DNA from: Candidatus Saccharimonadales bacterium
GTDB lineage: Bacteria; Patescibacteriota; Saccharimonadia; Saccharimonadales; UBA10212
Length of the DNA stretch: 64,000 nt
Reading direction: 5' to 3'
Assembly (NCBI GenBank): GCA_040900055.1
Contig: JBBDZU010000002.1
Coordinates: forward strand, 18,425 to 82,424
The position numbers and the translations under genes were made by a program. The notes under the pieces were generated by a model that worked only from the letters and a program-made list of their open reading frames with translations, was not told where the DNA came from and made no database searches. How positions within the stretch are numbered: position 1 is the stretch's first letter; each line of letters opens with the position of its first letter. Shown one piece after another: positions 9,408-16,695 of the stretch.

Positions 9408-10138
9408 TAAACCTTTACCCCCTCGGCAATGTCAAAATTAGTATAAGTGTTGGTGACATCTTCCAGCTCGTCTAGAGCGTCCATAAGCTTAATAACTTTA
9501 TGGGCGGTTTGCTCATCTTCTACTTTAACGATGTCTTTGGGCTCGTAGCCTAGACCAGCTTCGACAATTCCTAGCTTAGCGCTGATAAGACTGTCTCTAA
9601 CTTTAGCCAAGTTTTTTGGCGCCGTATAGATAACTGTCTCGCCAGTTTCTGGCTCTTCAAAGGCGTCTTCGGCGCCAGCGTCTAAAGCGGCCATCAAAAT
9701 ATCCTCGCCAGTATCTTTTACTCGAATTATTCCTTTATGAGTAAACTGAAAAGCCACACTGCCGGGACTGCTCAGCTGGCCGCCGTTTTTCGTAAAGGCC
9801 AATCTAACTTGTGGATATGTACGGTTTTTGTTGTCGGTGGCTACTTCTACCAGTACGGCTATGCCACCCGGCCCATAGCCCTCATACATAACTTCTTCCA
9901 GCTGAGCCTGGGATTTGTCTTTAACTCGCTGGATGGACCGCTCGATATTGGCCAGTGGCATATTGGCTGCTTTGGCTTGGTCTATAGCCATTGCCAGCGC
10001 TGGGTTGGTGGCCGGATTACTGCCGCCACGAGCAGCTACAGCCAATTGTTTACCCAACTTGGTAAATAAGGCGCCGCGTTTGGCGTCGTTGGCGCCTTTT
10101 TGGCGTTTGATTGTCGCCCATTTAGAATGTCCGCTCAT
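9407..10138 (-). CDS. yebC: YebC/PmpR family DNA-binding regulator
   Basis: 243 aa. Canonical N-terminus MSGHSKWATIKRQKG. Confidence 0.92.
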   Translation of the reverse strand: MSGHSKWATIKRQKGANDAKRGALFTKLGKQLAVAARGGSNPATNPALAMAIDQAKAANMPLANIERSIQRVKDKSQAQLEEVMYEGYGPGGIAVLVEVATDNKNRTYPQVRLAFTKNGGQLSSPGSVAFQFTHKGIIRVKDTGEDILMAALDAGAEDAFEEPETGETVIYTAPKNLAKVRDSLISAKLGIVEAGLGYEPKDIVKVEDEQTAHKVIKLMDALDELEDVTNTYTNFDIAEGVKV

Positions 10139-10158
10139 CCCCTGTATTCTAACACGGT

Positions 10159-11598
10159 TTAAGGTGTTAGCTGAGTCTTGGCAGCTGCCGCCAAGACCTT
10201 TTTGGTTTTCAAATGCTTGGTAGCAGCTAAAACAACCAGCCCGAAAAAGCCGTAAAAAACTAGCATAGCAACCGGGCTAATGGTGGCATGCACCAGCGCC
10301 GACGGCACCGAGGCCAACAAACGAATAATATCCAGCATAAAAGTCATAAGCATTACCGCCGGCCAGGCAAACCAGCCGGCTATTGGCGCGACTAACATAC
10401 CGCCCATACCGGCCACAGCCGACAGCAGCATAGCTACCGGCACCAGCGGCACAATAATGCCATTAGCCACTAAGGCTACCAGCGACAGCTGGCCAAAGAT
10501 TAGCATAATCAGCGGCAAGGTCATTATCTCTGCGGCTAGTGTTTCAATGACGGCCAATGTTATCAATTTAGGTCTTTTGCTAAACAGCCGCTTAACAATT
10601 ACCGGTGCCACGATTAAAATGCCGAAAAAGGCCAAAAACGACAGATACCAGCCCACATCTCCCCAAATATAAAACGGCCGCGCATAGGCCGTTATGGCCG
10701 CCGCTAAAGCCAAGACAAGCAGCGGCCTAGCCTGACGGCCATAATACCAAGCCCAAAGTCCTAAGCTCGAGACTACCGCTGCCCTAACAATCGAGGCACT
10801 AAAACCGGTTATAACTACAAATAGTCCAATTAAGCTAAGAGACAAAACCAATTTTTGATATTTTGAGCCCAATCGCAAACGAGACACGGCTCTGACCAAA
10901 ATGGTCAGGTTATAGCCAGACACAGCCACAATATGCACCAAGCCCACGGTTACTAGCTGCTGGTTAATCTCGGCCGGCATAGTGTTTCGTTGGCCCACCA
11001 AGATCCCTAACCCAAAAGACGCCGCCGGTTCGGGCAAAGCACTTTGGATGCCGGCTGTAAATTTGCGGGTAAGCCGGTTAAGCCAGCTGGTGTCTGGACC
11101 AAGCTTGTCCAACTTGGAGTAGCTAATCCGTGCCTGGTTAGCGCCACGCGTGGGGTATAGTTTGCCGCTAATTTGCACCCGGTCACCTCGGTAAACAATC
11201 GGTTCGCCAAAGCCGCTAACGCGGAAAATACCAGTTAGCGGCTTTGACGTGGGTTTTAACAGACTAACCTCGCCGGCCGTAAATTCTAGTTGCGAACCAC
11301 GGGCATAAATGGAGTCACTCCTGGCCGTCGCTTGGATGGTGACTTCTTGGCCGGCTAAGGCTTTAATCTCGTCTAACTTTTGCATAAATAGGCCGCCGCG
11401 CCAAAGCCCTATACCTAGCCCTAAAATTATTACAATCGTAAGGCTCGTTATGTTTTTGTGTTTTAAGAGCAGTAAGGCGGGCGCGAAGATAAGCCACCAA
11501 GCTGCCGGTTCAATATGGACTCGCCGGGCCGCCACTAAGCCGGCCAATACCGCCAAGGCTGCCACCATAATTAAAGTGGTACGGCGGTACCTTTTCAC
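10159..11598 (-). CDS. comEC: ComEC/Rec2-family DNA internalisation channel without a C-terminal metallo-beta-lactamase domain
   Basis: Polytopic membrane protein with an N-terminal OB-like segment (QVTIQATARSD...YRGDRVQISGKLY) and a competence-domain TM bundle. The track ORF extends to 11784, but that extension covers an intergenic repeat and a terminator hairpin. Start placed at GTG 11598 (ATG 11568 is an alternative). Confidence 0.75.
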   Translation of the reverse strand: MKRYRRTTLIMVAALAVLAGLVAARRVHIEPAAWWLIFAPALLLLKHKNITSLTIVIILGLGIGLWRGGLFMQKLDEIKALAGQEVTIQATARSDSIYARGSQLEFTAGEVSLLKPTSKPLTGIFRVSGFGEPIVYRGDRVQISGKLYPTRGANQARISYSKLDKLGPDTSWLNRLTRKFTAGIQSALPEPAASFGLGILVGQRNTMPAEINQQLVTVGLVHIVAVSGYNLTILVRAVSRLRLGSKYQKLVLSLSLIGLFVVITGFSASIVRAAVVSSLGLWAWYYGRQARPLLVLALAAAITAYARPFYIWGDVGWYLSFLAFFGILIVAPVIVKRLFSKRPKLITLAVIETLAAEIMTLPLIMLIFGQLSLVALVANGIIVPLVPVAMLLSAVAGMGGMLVAPIAGWFAWPAVMLMTFMLDIIRLLASVPSALVHATISPVAMLVFYGFFGLVVLAATKHLKTKKVLAAAAKTQLTP

Positions 11599-11661
11599 AA
11601 TTCGTGTAATTATGGCATAGATGGGTTCGAGCGTTAATTGCTCATGGTTTTCAGGACACCA

Positions 11662-11688
11662 CGCAAAAAGCCCAGCATAAGGCTGGAC
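11662..11688 (-). terminator. terminator-like hairpin immediately 3' (minus strand) of repeat copy A
   Basis: Minus strand reads TCCAGC-cttat-GCTGGG followed by CTTTTTG. The terminal pair is G:U on the minus-strand RNA but a C:A mismatch on the plus strand. Confidence 0.5.
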
Positions 11689-11696
11689 TCTTTGTA

Positions 11697-11780
11697 TGGA
11701 GGGCCACCGTGAACGCTGTAGCAACTGCAATTCAAAGTAGACGACGGATTCATATTTCCATAGTCGGCGTTGACTACAGC
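11697..11780 (-). repeat. tRNA-Lys-3'-end-like intergenic repeat, copy A
   Basis: The plus strand starts TGGAGGGCCACCGTGAACGCTGTAGCAACTGCAATTC, 34/37 identical to copy D. It shares TGGAGGGCC with the complement of the tRNA-Lys 3' end. GCTGTAG (11715-11721) can pair with CTACAGC (11774-11780). Confidence 0.7.
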
Positions 11781-11882
11781 CCATTGTAGTTATAAGCTAT
11801 AATAATTAATAAGGAGACCGCTGCAGGCTCCGTTAAATCGTTAATTAACTAACCAACAAAGAACAATGAATTAAGGGCAAAT

Positions 11883-12800
11883 ATGAAAAAGTTTCATAGG
11901 CATTCAATAATAACTGTACTGGTAGTCGCATCTGTGCTTGGTCTAGCTGGGGTAGTTATGACCTCTCCTGCAGGATATGCGGCACATCCCACAGTAAACC
12001 TTCGAACAGCCGAACCGTTTGCCATACTGTCTGGCACTGGGATTACGAACGTTCCAACCTCTACCATTACCGGAAATATTGGAGTGCACCCAACCACTGG
12101 CGCATCCATGACCGGAATATCGTGTTCTGAAGTGATTGGGACAATATATGATATTGACGGCACATTTGCAGGTGCATGCGAGGTAGTAGATCCTGCTCTG
12201 CTGAATACGGCCAAGATCGACTTGGTCACCGCCTATGACGATGCTGCCGGACGAACACCGGTGACGACTGTACCAACCGAGCTGGGTGGTACTACTAAAA
12301 CCGATGGTGTTTACAACTCTGCCTCGACCACATTCGAAATTACTGCAGGAGCAGGTCCTTTAGTCCTTGATGGACAAGGCAATCCCAATGCCGTGTTCAT
12401 CTTCCTGATGAACTCAGGCGCAACCGGACTCACCGTAGGATCGGGTAGTACCGTGTCTCTGATTAACGGTGCCCAAGCCTGCAACGTCTTTTGGAAACTC
12501 AACACCGCCACTATTGACACAACCGCGGTGTTCAAGGGCAATATTCTAGCTCTTACCTCAATCACGGTGGCCAACGGTGCAAACATAGAGGGAAGACTGC
12601 TAGCCCGCAATGGCAACGTCACATTAATTAGCGACACAATTACGAGGGCTGTTTGCGCGGCAACAACTACTCCAGGACTGCCAAATGCGGGAATTGGTTC
12701 TGAGGACAAGAGCGGCATCTCATGGAACATCATCATTCCAGCTGGGATTGTCGTTGCCCTATTCTCGCTGCATCTAGCTCGAAAGAAACAGGCAGTTTAG
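11883..12800 (+). CDS. ice-binding-like (DUF3494) surface protein with a C-terminal sortase sorting signal
   Basis: 305 aa with a signal peptide. AEPFAILSGTGITN...ITGNIGVHP is typical of DUF3494. The C-terminus is LPNAG, a spacer, the hydrophobic stretch IIIPAGIVVALFSLHL, then ARKKQ. Confidence 0.85.
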   Translation: MKKFHRHSIITVLVVASVLGLAGVVMTSPAGYAAHPTVNLRTAEPFAILSGTGITNVPTSTITGNIGVHPTTGASMTGISCSEVIGTIYDIDGTFAGACEVVDPALLNTAKIDLVTAYDDAAGRTPVTTVPTELGGTTKTDGVYNSASTTFEITAGAGPLVLDGQGNPNAVFIFLMNSGATGLTVGSGSTVSLINGAQACNVFWKLNTATIDTTAVFKGNILALTSITVANGANIEGRLLARNGNVTLISDTITRAVCAATTTPGLPNAGIGSEDKSGISWNIIIPAGIVVALFSLHLARKKQAV

Positions 12801-12858
12801 TCCAAGCATTAAGAAGAGTTAGCAAATATGTTTGCCCTGCCTGCAGGTAAGCAAGGAG

Positions 12859-12895
12859 AGCCAGACCAACCTTTGTCTGGCTTGTGTGGTTATTT
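12859..12895 (+). terminator. hairpin / partial terminator between the surface-protein gene and the sortase gene
   Basis: AGCCAGAC-caaccttt-GTCTGGCT followed by the T-rich TGTGTGGTTATTT, ending at the sortase ATG. Confidence 0.45.
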
Positions 12896-13522
12896 ATGAA
12901 CTTACCGAAAACCTTATCAAGACGAATGCTGCTGCTAGTTACTCTTGCAGGATTTGCGGCTTCTGCAGCACTTACTTTTCATTTTATCTTAAACCGCCCA
13001 ATCCAGAGCGACTCGGCCGTGCTTAAGGTACCCACTGCTAGTCTTCATAAGCCAGAGACAGTTGAAGAAGTAAGTTATGGGTTGCCGATGCGTCTCAAAA
13101 TTCCAAAGATCAATATTGATGCTCGTCTCGACAATGTGGGTCTTACGCCTCAGGGAGATCTGGATGTACCGAAAGGCCCCGCTAACGCAGCCTGGTACCA
13201 TCTTGGGGTACGTCCCGGGCAAAAAGGGAGCTCTGTTATTGTCGGGCATTTCGGCTATAAAAATCGCATACCAGCAGTCTTTGATAACTTACATAAATTG
13301 CAAGAGGGAGACAATCTATACGTCGAAGATGAAAAGGGGGCGACTATTTCCTTCGTGGTGCGCGAAAGCCGAAAGTATGAACCAAATGCGGACGCTTCAA
13401 GCGTGTTTCTTTCAAACGATGGAAAAGCGCATCTTAATCTCATTACGTGCCAGGGAGTTTGGAATGAGACCCAGAAAAGTTATTCTACTCGACTGGTAGT
13501 ATTTGCCGATAAAGAAACTTAA
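12896..13522 (+). CDS. sortase (class E/F-like transpeptidase)
   Basis: N-terminal TM anchor, catalytic His region VIVGHFGY, catalytic Cys in LNLITCQG, and a conserved Arg near the end (STRLVVFA). Start placed at ATG 12896 inside the track ORF. Confidence 0.85.
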   Translation: MNLPKTLSRRMLLLVTLAGFAASAALTFHFILNRPIQSDSAVLKVPTASLHKPETVEEVSYGLPMRLKIPKINIDARLDNVGLTPQGDLDVPKGPANAAWYHLGVRPGQKGSSVIVGHFGYKNRIPAVFDNLHKLQEGDNLYVEDEKGATISFVVRESRKYEPNADASSVFLSNDGKAHLNLITCQGVWNETQKSYSTRLVVFADKET

Positions 13523-13944
13523 GTAAGCTTGGAATCTGTACGATTGAGGTTTATTAGTTTTACAATACCCCAAGCAATGAGTGCGTAAACTGCAGCAGCA
13601 ACTAGTATAGAAGGCTCAAAGACCGAGCGAACATCGCCCGTTTTTGTACTAGTTACATTAAAAATACTATCGAAAGGCGCCGTTAAGATACCAGTTATAG
13701 TGTAGATAAAATCTACAAAACCGTTGGTTGGGTTTGCTCCAAGTAGTTTCAGCACAAACCGAAAGCCAATCAAAATTTCAATAACTCCAAGAAGATACCA
13801 AACAGCACTTGCCGCAGTTGATTTGCTGTCAGTCCCAACTTTAGTATCGACTTTTCGGGTATGTTGCTGAACCCGCGCTCCTGTTTGGTCTACTCCTTCA
13901 TCCTGACTAGTCGTAACTGTTTCCTTGAATTCTGCCATATACAC
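13519..13944 (-). CDS. YggT-family-like membrane protein
   Basis: 141 aa. After a polar N-terminal stretch, the two-TM core FRFVLKLLGANPTNGFVDFIYTITGILTAPF matches the YggT pattern. Confidence 0.55.
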   Translation of the reverse strand: MYMAEFKETVTTSQDEGVDQTGARVQQHTRKVDTKVGTDSKSTAASAVWYLLGVIEILIGFRFVLKLLGANPTNGFVDFIYTITGILTAPFDSIFNVTSTKTGDVRSVFEPSILVAAAVYALIAWGIVKLINLNRTDSKLT

Positions 13945-13990
13945 CCCTAATTAATTACCTTTATTATACTCCCCCGATTCATTGGGTTTT

Positions 13991-14019
13991 CAAAAATAAA
14001 ATTCCTCGCTGAAGAGGAT
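13991..14019 (-). terminator. terminator-like hairpin immediately 3' (minus strand) of repeat copy B
   Basis: Minus strand reads TCCTC-ttcagc-GAGGA followed by ATTTTATTTTTG. Confidence 0.5.
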
Positions 14020-14023
14020 TTTG

Positions 14024-14090
14024 TGGAGGGCCACCGTAGAGACTATTGCAACTAAAATGGCAATGTCAAACAACATCCATATTTCTAGAT
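14024..14090 (-). repeat. tRNA-Lys-3'-end-like intergenic repeat, copy B
   Basis: Plus strand reads TGGAGGGCCACCGTAGAGACTATTGCAACTAAAAT... It shares the first 14 nt and the GCAAC core with copies A and D, and a downstream CATATTTC box with A. Confidence 0.65.
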
Positions 14091-14109
14091 TGATGTTAGA
14101 ATAAAATAA

Positions 14110-14898
14110 ATGGATTTACAGCAAAATCAAGATCCACAAAATCAAAACCCCACACCACCAGAACCACAGTCAAATCCTAATACTACAGTTCCTGCTCCGT
14201 CCAATTCAAAACATACGCCACGAATTGCCATCATTGGGCTACTATTAGCTGTTGTTATTGCACCAGTAGGCCTTATTACCTCCATATTGGCGTGGCGGAA
14301 AATAAAGAAATATTCACTTGGGGGTAAGTGGTTGGCAATTACTGGCACTGTCTTAGGAGCTCTATTGATTTTGCCTTTTATATTATTTGCCTGGTTATTC
14401 ATTGCTCTTGGAGCCTGGCATGGTAATCAAGCCCAAAAGGATTTTGATCCCATTGCAAGACAAATTGTGGATATGGGAGGCACTAAACTCTGTAATAACG
14501 GCGATAGTGGCTATGGCATAGATAACACTACACCTTGGTACCAGGTTTACTATACAGTCCCGAATACTTCAGATTTAACAAGTGAGGTGAAGAACATAGC
14601 AAGCCAGCAAGAATACCAACTAAGCACAGATACGAACTTTATTAATCAATTAAAAGGTCTACCGGAGCAAAGAGGAGAATTGGAAGGAGTATATGTAACA
14701 CCATATGGAGATGAACAGTTCAATCCCAAATCAGATTATTTAATTGGTCAAAGTGGGAATAAATCTTTGAAAGTCACAATAAATCGTCAAACTTCAGTTG
14801 CATTGTACTGTGGCGTTGAGGACTATGGAAAGAAGCAGCCGACAGGTAGTAACGCAATTCTAGACTTTAGCCTTACTTTACCCGATAGAAATCTCTAA
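14110..14898 (+). CDS. membrane protein with a Pro/Gln-rich N-terminus and a DUF4190-like two-TM segment
   Basis: 262 aa. The TM pair IAIIGLLLAVVIAPVGLITSILAW...WLAITGTVLGALLILPF is followed by a soluble C-terminal domain of unknown family. Confidence 0.55.
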   Translation: MDLQQNQDPQNQNPTPPEPQSNPNTTVPAPSNSKHTPRIAIIGLLLAVVIAPVGLITSILAWRKIKKYSLGGKWLAITGTVLGALLILPFILFAWLFIALGAWHGNQAQKDFDPIARQIVDMGGTKLCNNGDSGYGIDNTTPWYQVYYTVPNTSDLTSEVKNIASQQEYQLSTDTNFINQLKGLPEQRGELEGVYVTPYGDEQFNPKSDYLIGQSGNKSLKVTINRQTSVALYCGVEDYGKKQPTGSNAILDFSLTLPDRNL

Positions 14899-14922
14899 GT
14901 AAGGCTATAACGCTTATGGTTG

Positions 14923-14945
14923 TGGAGGGCCCACCGGTATAGCAC
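14923..14945 (-). repeat. tRNA-Lys-3'-end-like repeat, copy C (short variant)
   Basis: TGGAGGGCCCACCGGTATAGC. The first 11 nt are identical to the complement of the tRNA-Lys 3' end (TGGAGGGCCCA). It differs from copies A, B and D by two single-base insertions. Confidence 0.55.
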
Positions 14946-15071
14946 TCGGCTATGCCTCGTTATATCCGCTCCTGCGTTACTCGAAATAAACTTCTGTGCG
15001 TGGCTTCGCTACACCGAACCCGCTTTTGCTAGACGCAAAGGACCCTGGTTCTCATCCCAAGGAAGAACGAC

Positions 15072-15110
15072 CAGTGAAAATACCCGGCTCAAGGCCGGGC
15101 ATTTTCACTG
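15072..15110 (-). terminator. 17-bp hairpin immediately 3' (minus strand) of repeat copy D
   Basis: CAGTGAAAATACCCGGC-tcaag-GCCGGGCATTTTCACTG. The single A:C mismatch on the plus strand becomes a G:U pair on the minus-strand RNA. The T-rich run is part of the stem, so this is not a canonical terminator. Confidence 0.45.
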
Positions 15111-15183
15111 GAGGGCCACCGTGAAGGCTGTAGCAACCGCCATTCGGGGCAGCCAGCAACTACATATTAGCACTATTCCATAC
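15109..15183 (-). repeat. tRNA-Lys-3'-end-like intergenic repeat, copy D
   Basis: Plus strand reads TGGAGGGCCACCGTGAAGGCTGTAGCAACCGCCATTC... with a downstream CATATT box. Intergenic. Confidence 0.7.
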
Positions 15184-15207
15184 CTGTGCTAAAAGAAGTT
15201 GGAACTG

Positions 15208-15369
15208 TTATCCAGACTGTTGAGTATTCTCAATTGCAAGTTTTACGATTTCCAAATTACAGCTTTTGTACTGTTTGCACCAAGCCTCACACTTTTCAGC
15301 TGTCTCTTTATCTCTGTAATGGAAGCCGCATTCAGGGCACTGGTAAACTTTGTCTTTCTTATCGTTCAT
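15208..15369 (-). CDS. small Cys-rich protein (53 aa), unannotated, translationally coupled to the glutaredoxin gene
   Basis: Below the ORF-track size cutoff. Its ATG (15369-15367) overlaps the TGA of the upstream gene as ATGA. Translation: MNDKKDKVYQCPECGFHYRDKETAEKCEAWCKQYKSCNLEIVKLAIENTQQSG, stop TAA at 15210-15208. It has CxxC plus three further Cys. Confidence 0.6.
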   Translation of the reverse strand: MNDKKDKVYQCPECGFHYRDKETAEKCEAWCKQYKSCNLEIVKLAIENTQQSG

Positions 15370-15614
15370 AGGTTAAGGGCGGCATCTAGTTTGGCTTTAT
15401 CAAAGCCCAGAATTACAACTTCACTGTCGTCATCTTTAGTAATGTGCGTACAAGGGACACCCATGTTGCCACAGGTATCAAGGGATGCTTGAATTTGTCC
15501 AGGTTGTTTATCGAGAAGTATATCCTCAAATGTAATATTTTTGCTCTGCAAATAGGCTTTTTCTGCCCTACAGTACGGACAGGTTGTAGTTGAGTAGATC
15601 TTTACCTTTGTCAT
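15366..15614 (-). CDS. glutaredoxin / NrdH-like redoxin
   Basis: 82 aa. Active site CPYC at residues 12-15 and a thioredoxin-fold-sized protein. Confidence 0.85.
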   Translation of the reverse strand: MTKVKIYSTTTCPYCRAEKAYLQSKNITFEDILLDKQPGQIQASLDTCGNMGVPCTHITKDDDSEVVILGFDKAKLDAALNL

Positions 15615-15639
15615 AGTATCCTCCTTGGTTTAGGTGAAC

Positions 15640-15948
15640 TTAGAATATATTGCTGTTTTTATTGACTCTGTGGGTTTCAATATTCCATATCCCTAAACTT
15701 GGTGTTGCGTCAGCGGCTTGGAAAACACGAACCGCAGGTGGTACTTTTTCAGTTTGTCGCATGTGATCCAAATCCTCTTGACTACGCCAGTGTGTCATAA
15801 TTCGCCAAGATGTTGCCTGACTCTGGGATTGAATAAGAAAAGTTTGATGTATGCCCTCCGGCACATTAGCGGTTTCTTTATCGTAAGCATCTTTTAGAGC
15901 TTGCCAATTACTTTCTGCTACTTCAGCGTCTAGGATTGTAATAACCAT
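15640..15948 (-). CDS. small dimeric alpha/beta-barrel (ABM monooxygenase-like) protein
   Basis: The track ORF extends to 16035 but reads through tRNA-Lys. Start placed at Met 15948 (MVITILDAEV...). Size and the WRSQEDLDHM pattern fit an ABM-like fold only loosely. Confidence 0.4.
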   Translation of the reverse strand: MVITILDAEVAESNWQALKDAYDKETANVPEGIHQTFLIQSQSQATSWRIMTHWRSQEDLDHMRQTEKVPPAVRVFQAADATPSLGIWNIETHRVNKNSNIF

Positions 15949-16002
15949 AGAAGCAAGTATAACAAAAACGACCTCAACTTCAGAGATCAAAATGCTTATG
16001 CT

Positions 16003-16080
16003 TGGAGGGCCCAGTGGGATTCGAACCCACGACACGCGGCTTAAAAGGCCGCTGCTCTAACCAGGCTGAGCTATGGGCCC
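16003..16080 (-). tRNA. tRNA-Lys (anticodon TTT)
   Basis: Reverse complement GGGCCCATAGCTCAGCCTGGTTAGAGCAGCGGCCTTTTAAGCCGCGTGTCGTGGGTTCGAATCCCACTGGGCCCTCCA. Full cloverleaf, anticodon loop CTTTTAA, encoded CCA. Confidence 0.9.
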
Positions 16081-16154
16081 ATTTATCTCTAAAAATGGGC
16101 GATTTAACACCTTATATTATCTGTTGCTTAAGCTATAAGTCAACCGTCAGTTGG

Positions 16155-16622
16155 TTATTTCCTGAAGTGTTTCATACCGCTAAACCAAACCACCGCTAGG
16201 CTAGCTATGGCGGTGCCCGCTACCAGGTAGGTTTGGGCTTTTGAAAGTTCTGTCCAGATTCCAGAATCGGTGTAGTTAACTATGCCGGCCTGGACTAGCG
16301 CTGGGCCAGCTAGTAGGGCCGATACGGCTCCGGCTCCCAACCCAATAGCAACTTGTAAAATAAATAGCGGGCCGCGCCATACGCTTTTGCGACTAAGAAT
16401 CAAAGTTAGCACCAGCGGTACTAAGATTAGAAAAATATTAATCTGGCTAAAATCGGTCCAAACTCCAGCGTCATTTAATAATCCTTGGATATCGCTGGTC
16501 GCAAACATGGCTGTAATAAATCCGGCACATAGGCTCAAAAAACCTAATGAGGCGTTACTTTTAAGAAAATAAGTCAAAAGGGCCGGCGCTAAAATTATTA
16601 AAACCAGAATAATTTCTGCCAT
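16155..16622 (-). CDS. hypothetical polytopic membrane protein
   Basis: 155 aa with four to five hydrophobic helices. No family recognised. Confidence 0.5.
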   Translation of the reverse strand: MAEIILVLIILAPALLTYFLKSNASLGFLSLCAGFITAMFATSDIQGLLNDAGVWTDFSQINIFLILVPLVLTLILSRKSVWRGPLFILQVAIGLGAGAVSALLAGPALVQAGIVNYTDSGIWTELSKAQTYLVAGTAIASLAVVWFSGMKHFRK

Positions 16623-16695
16623 GCGCTAATTTTAGCACAAGCACTTTCGTACTCTCTCTAAGCAAATACTCATCTATGAATGCCCTCCGACTCCT

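Noticed and set aside
11599-11784. N-terminal 62-codon extension of the ComEC ORF in the track
   Set aside because: The extension reads through repeat copy A and a terminator-like hairpin, and it is not hydrophobic like the rest of the protein. GTG 11598 or ATG 11568 is the more plausible start.
11695-15175. The repeat boxes read as short conserved peptides ((M/V/L)EGHRE(R/G)CSN...) or as glycine-riboswitch-like GGAG...CACCG...GCAAC strings
   Set aside because: The implied start codons differ (ATG, GTG, CTG). There is no Shine-Dalgarno sequence, and the stops fall at different places. The resemblance to the glycine riboswitch needs several insertions, and no glycine-related gene follows.
11697-15183. 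The four repeat copies read as tRNA genes or pseudogenes
   Set aside because: Only the last 9-11 nt match the tRNA-Lys acceptor/CCA end. I could not build a cloverleaf: there is no complementary 5' acceptor strand and no GTTCGA-type T loop.
14920-15192. 90-aa plus-strand ORF in the 14.9-15.2 kb gap
   Set aside because: It spans repeat copies C and D and the 17-bp hairpin. It has no Shine-Dalgarno sequence, its composition is unlike the neighbouring genes, and its start lies inside the conserved repeat box. It is more likely non-coding.
15949-16035. N-terminal extension of ORF 15640..16035
   Set aside because: It overlaps the 3' part of tRNA-Lys (16003-16080). The start was moved to Met at 15948.
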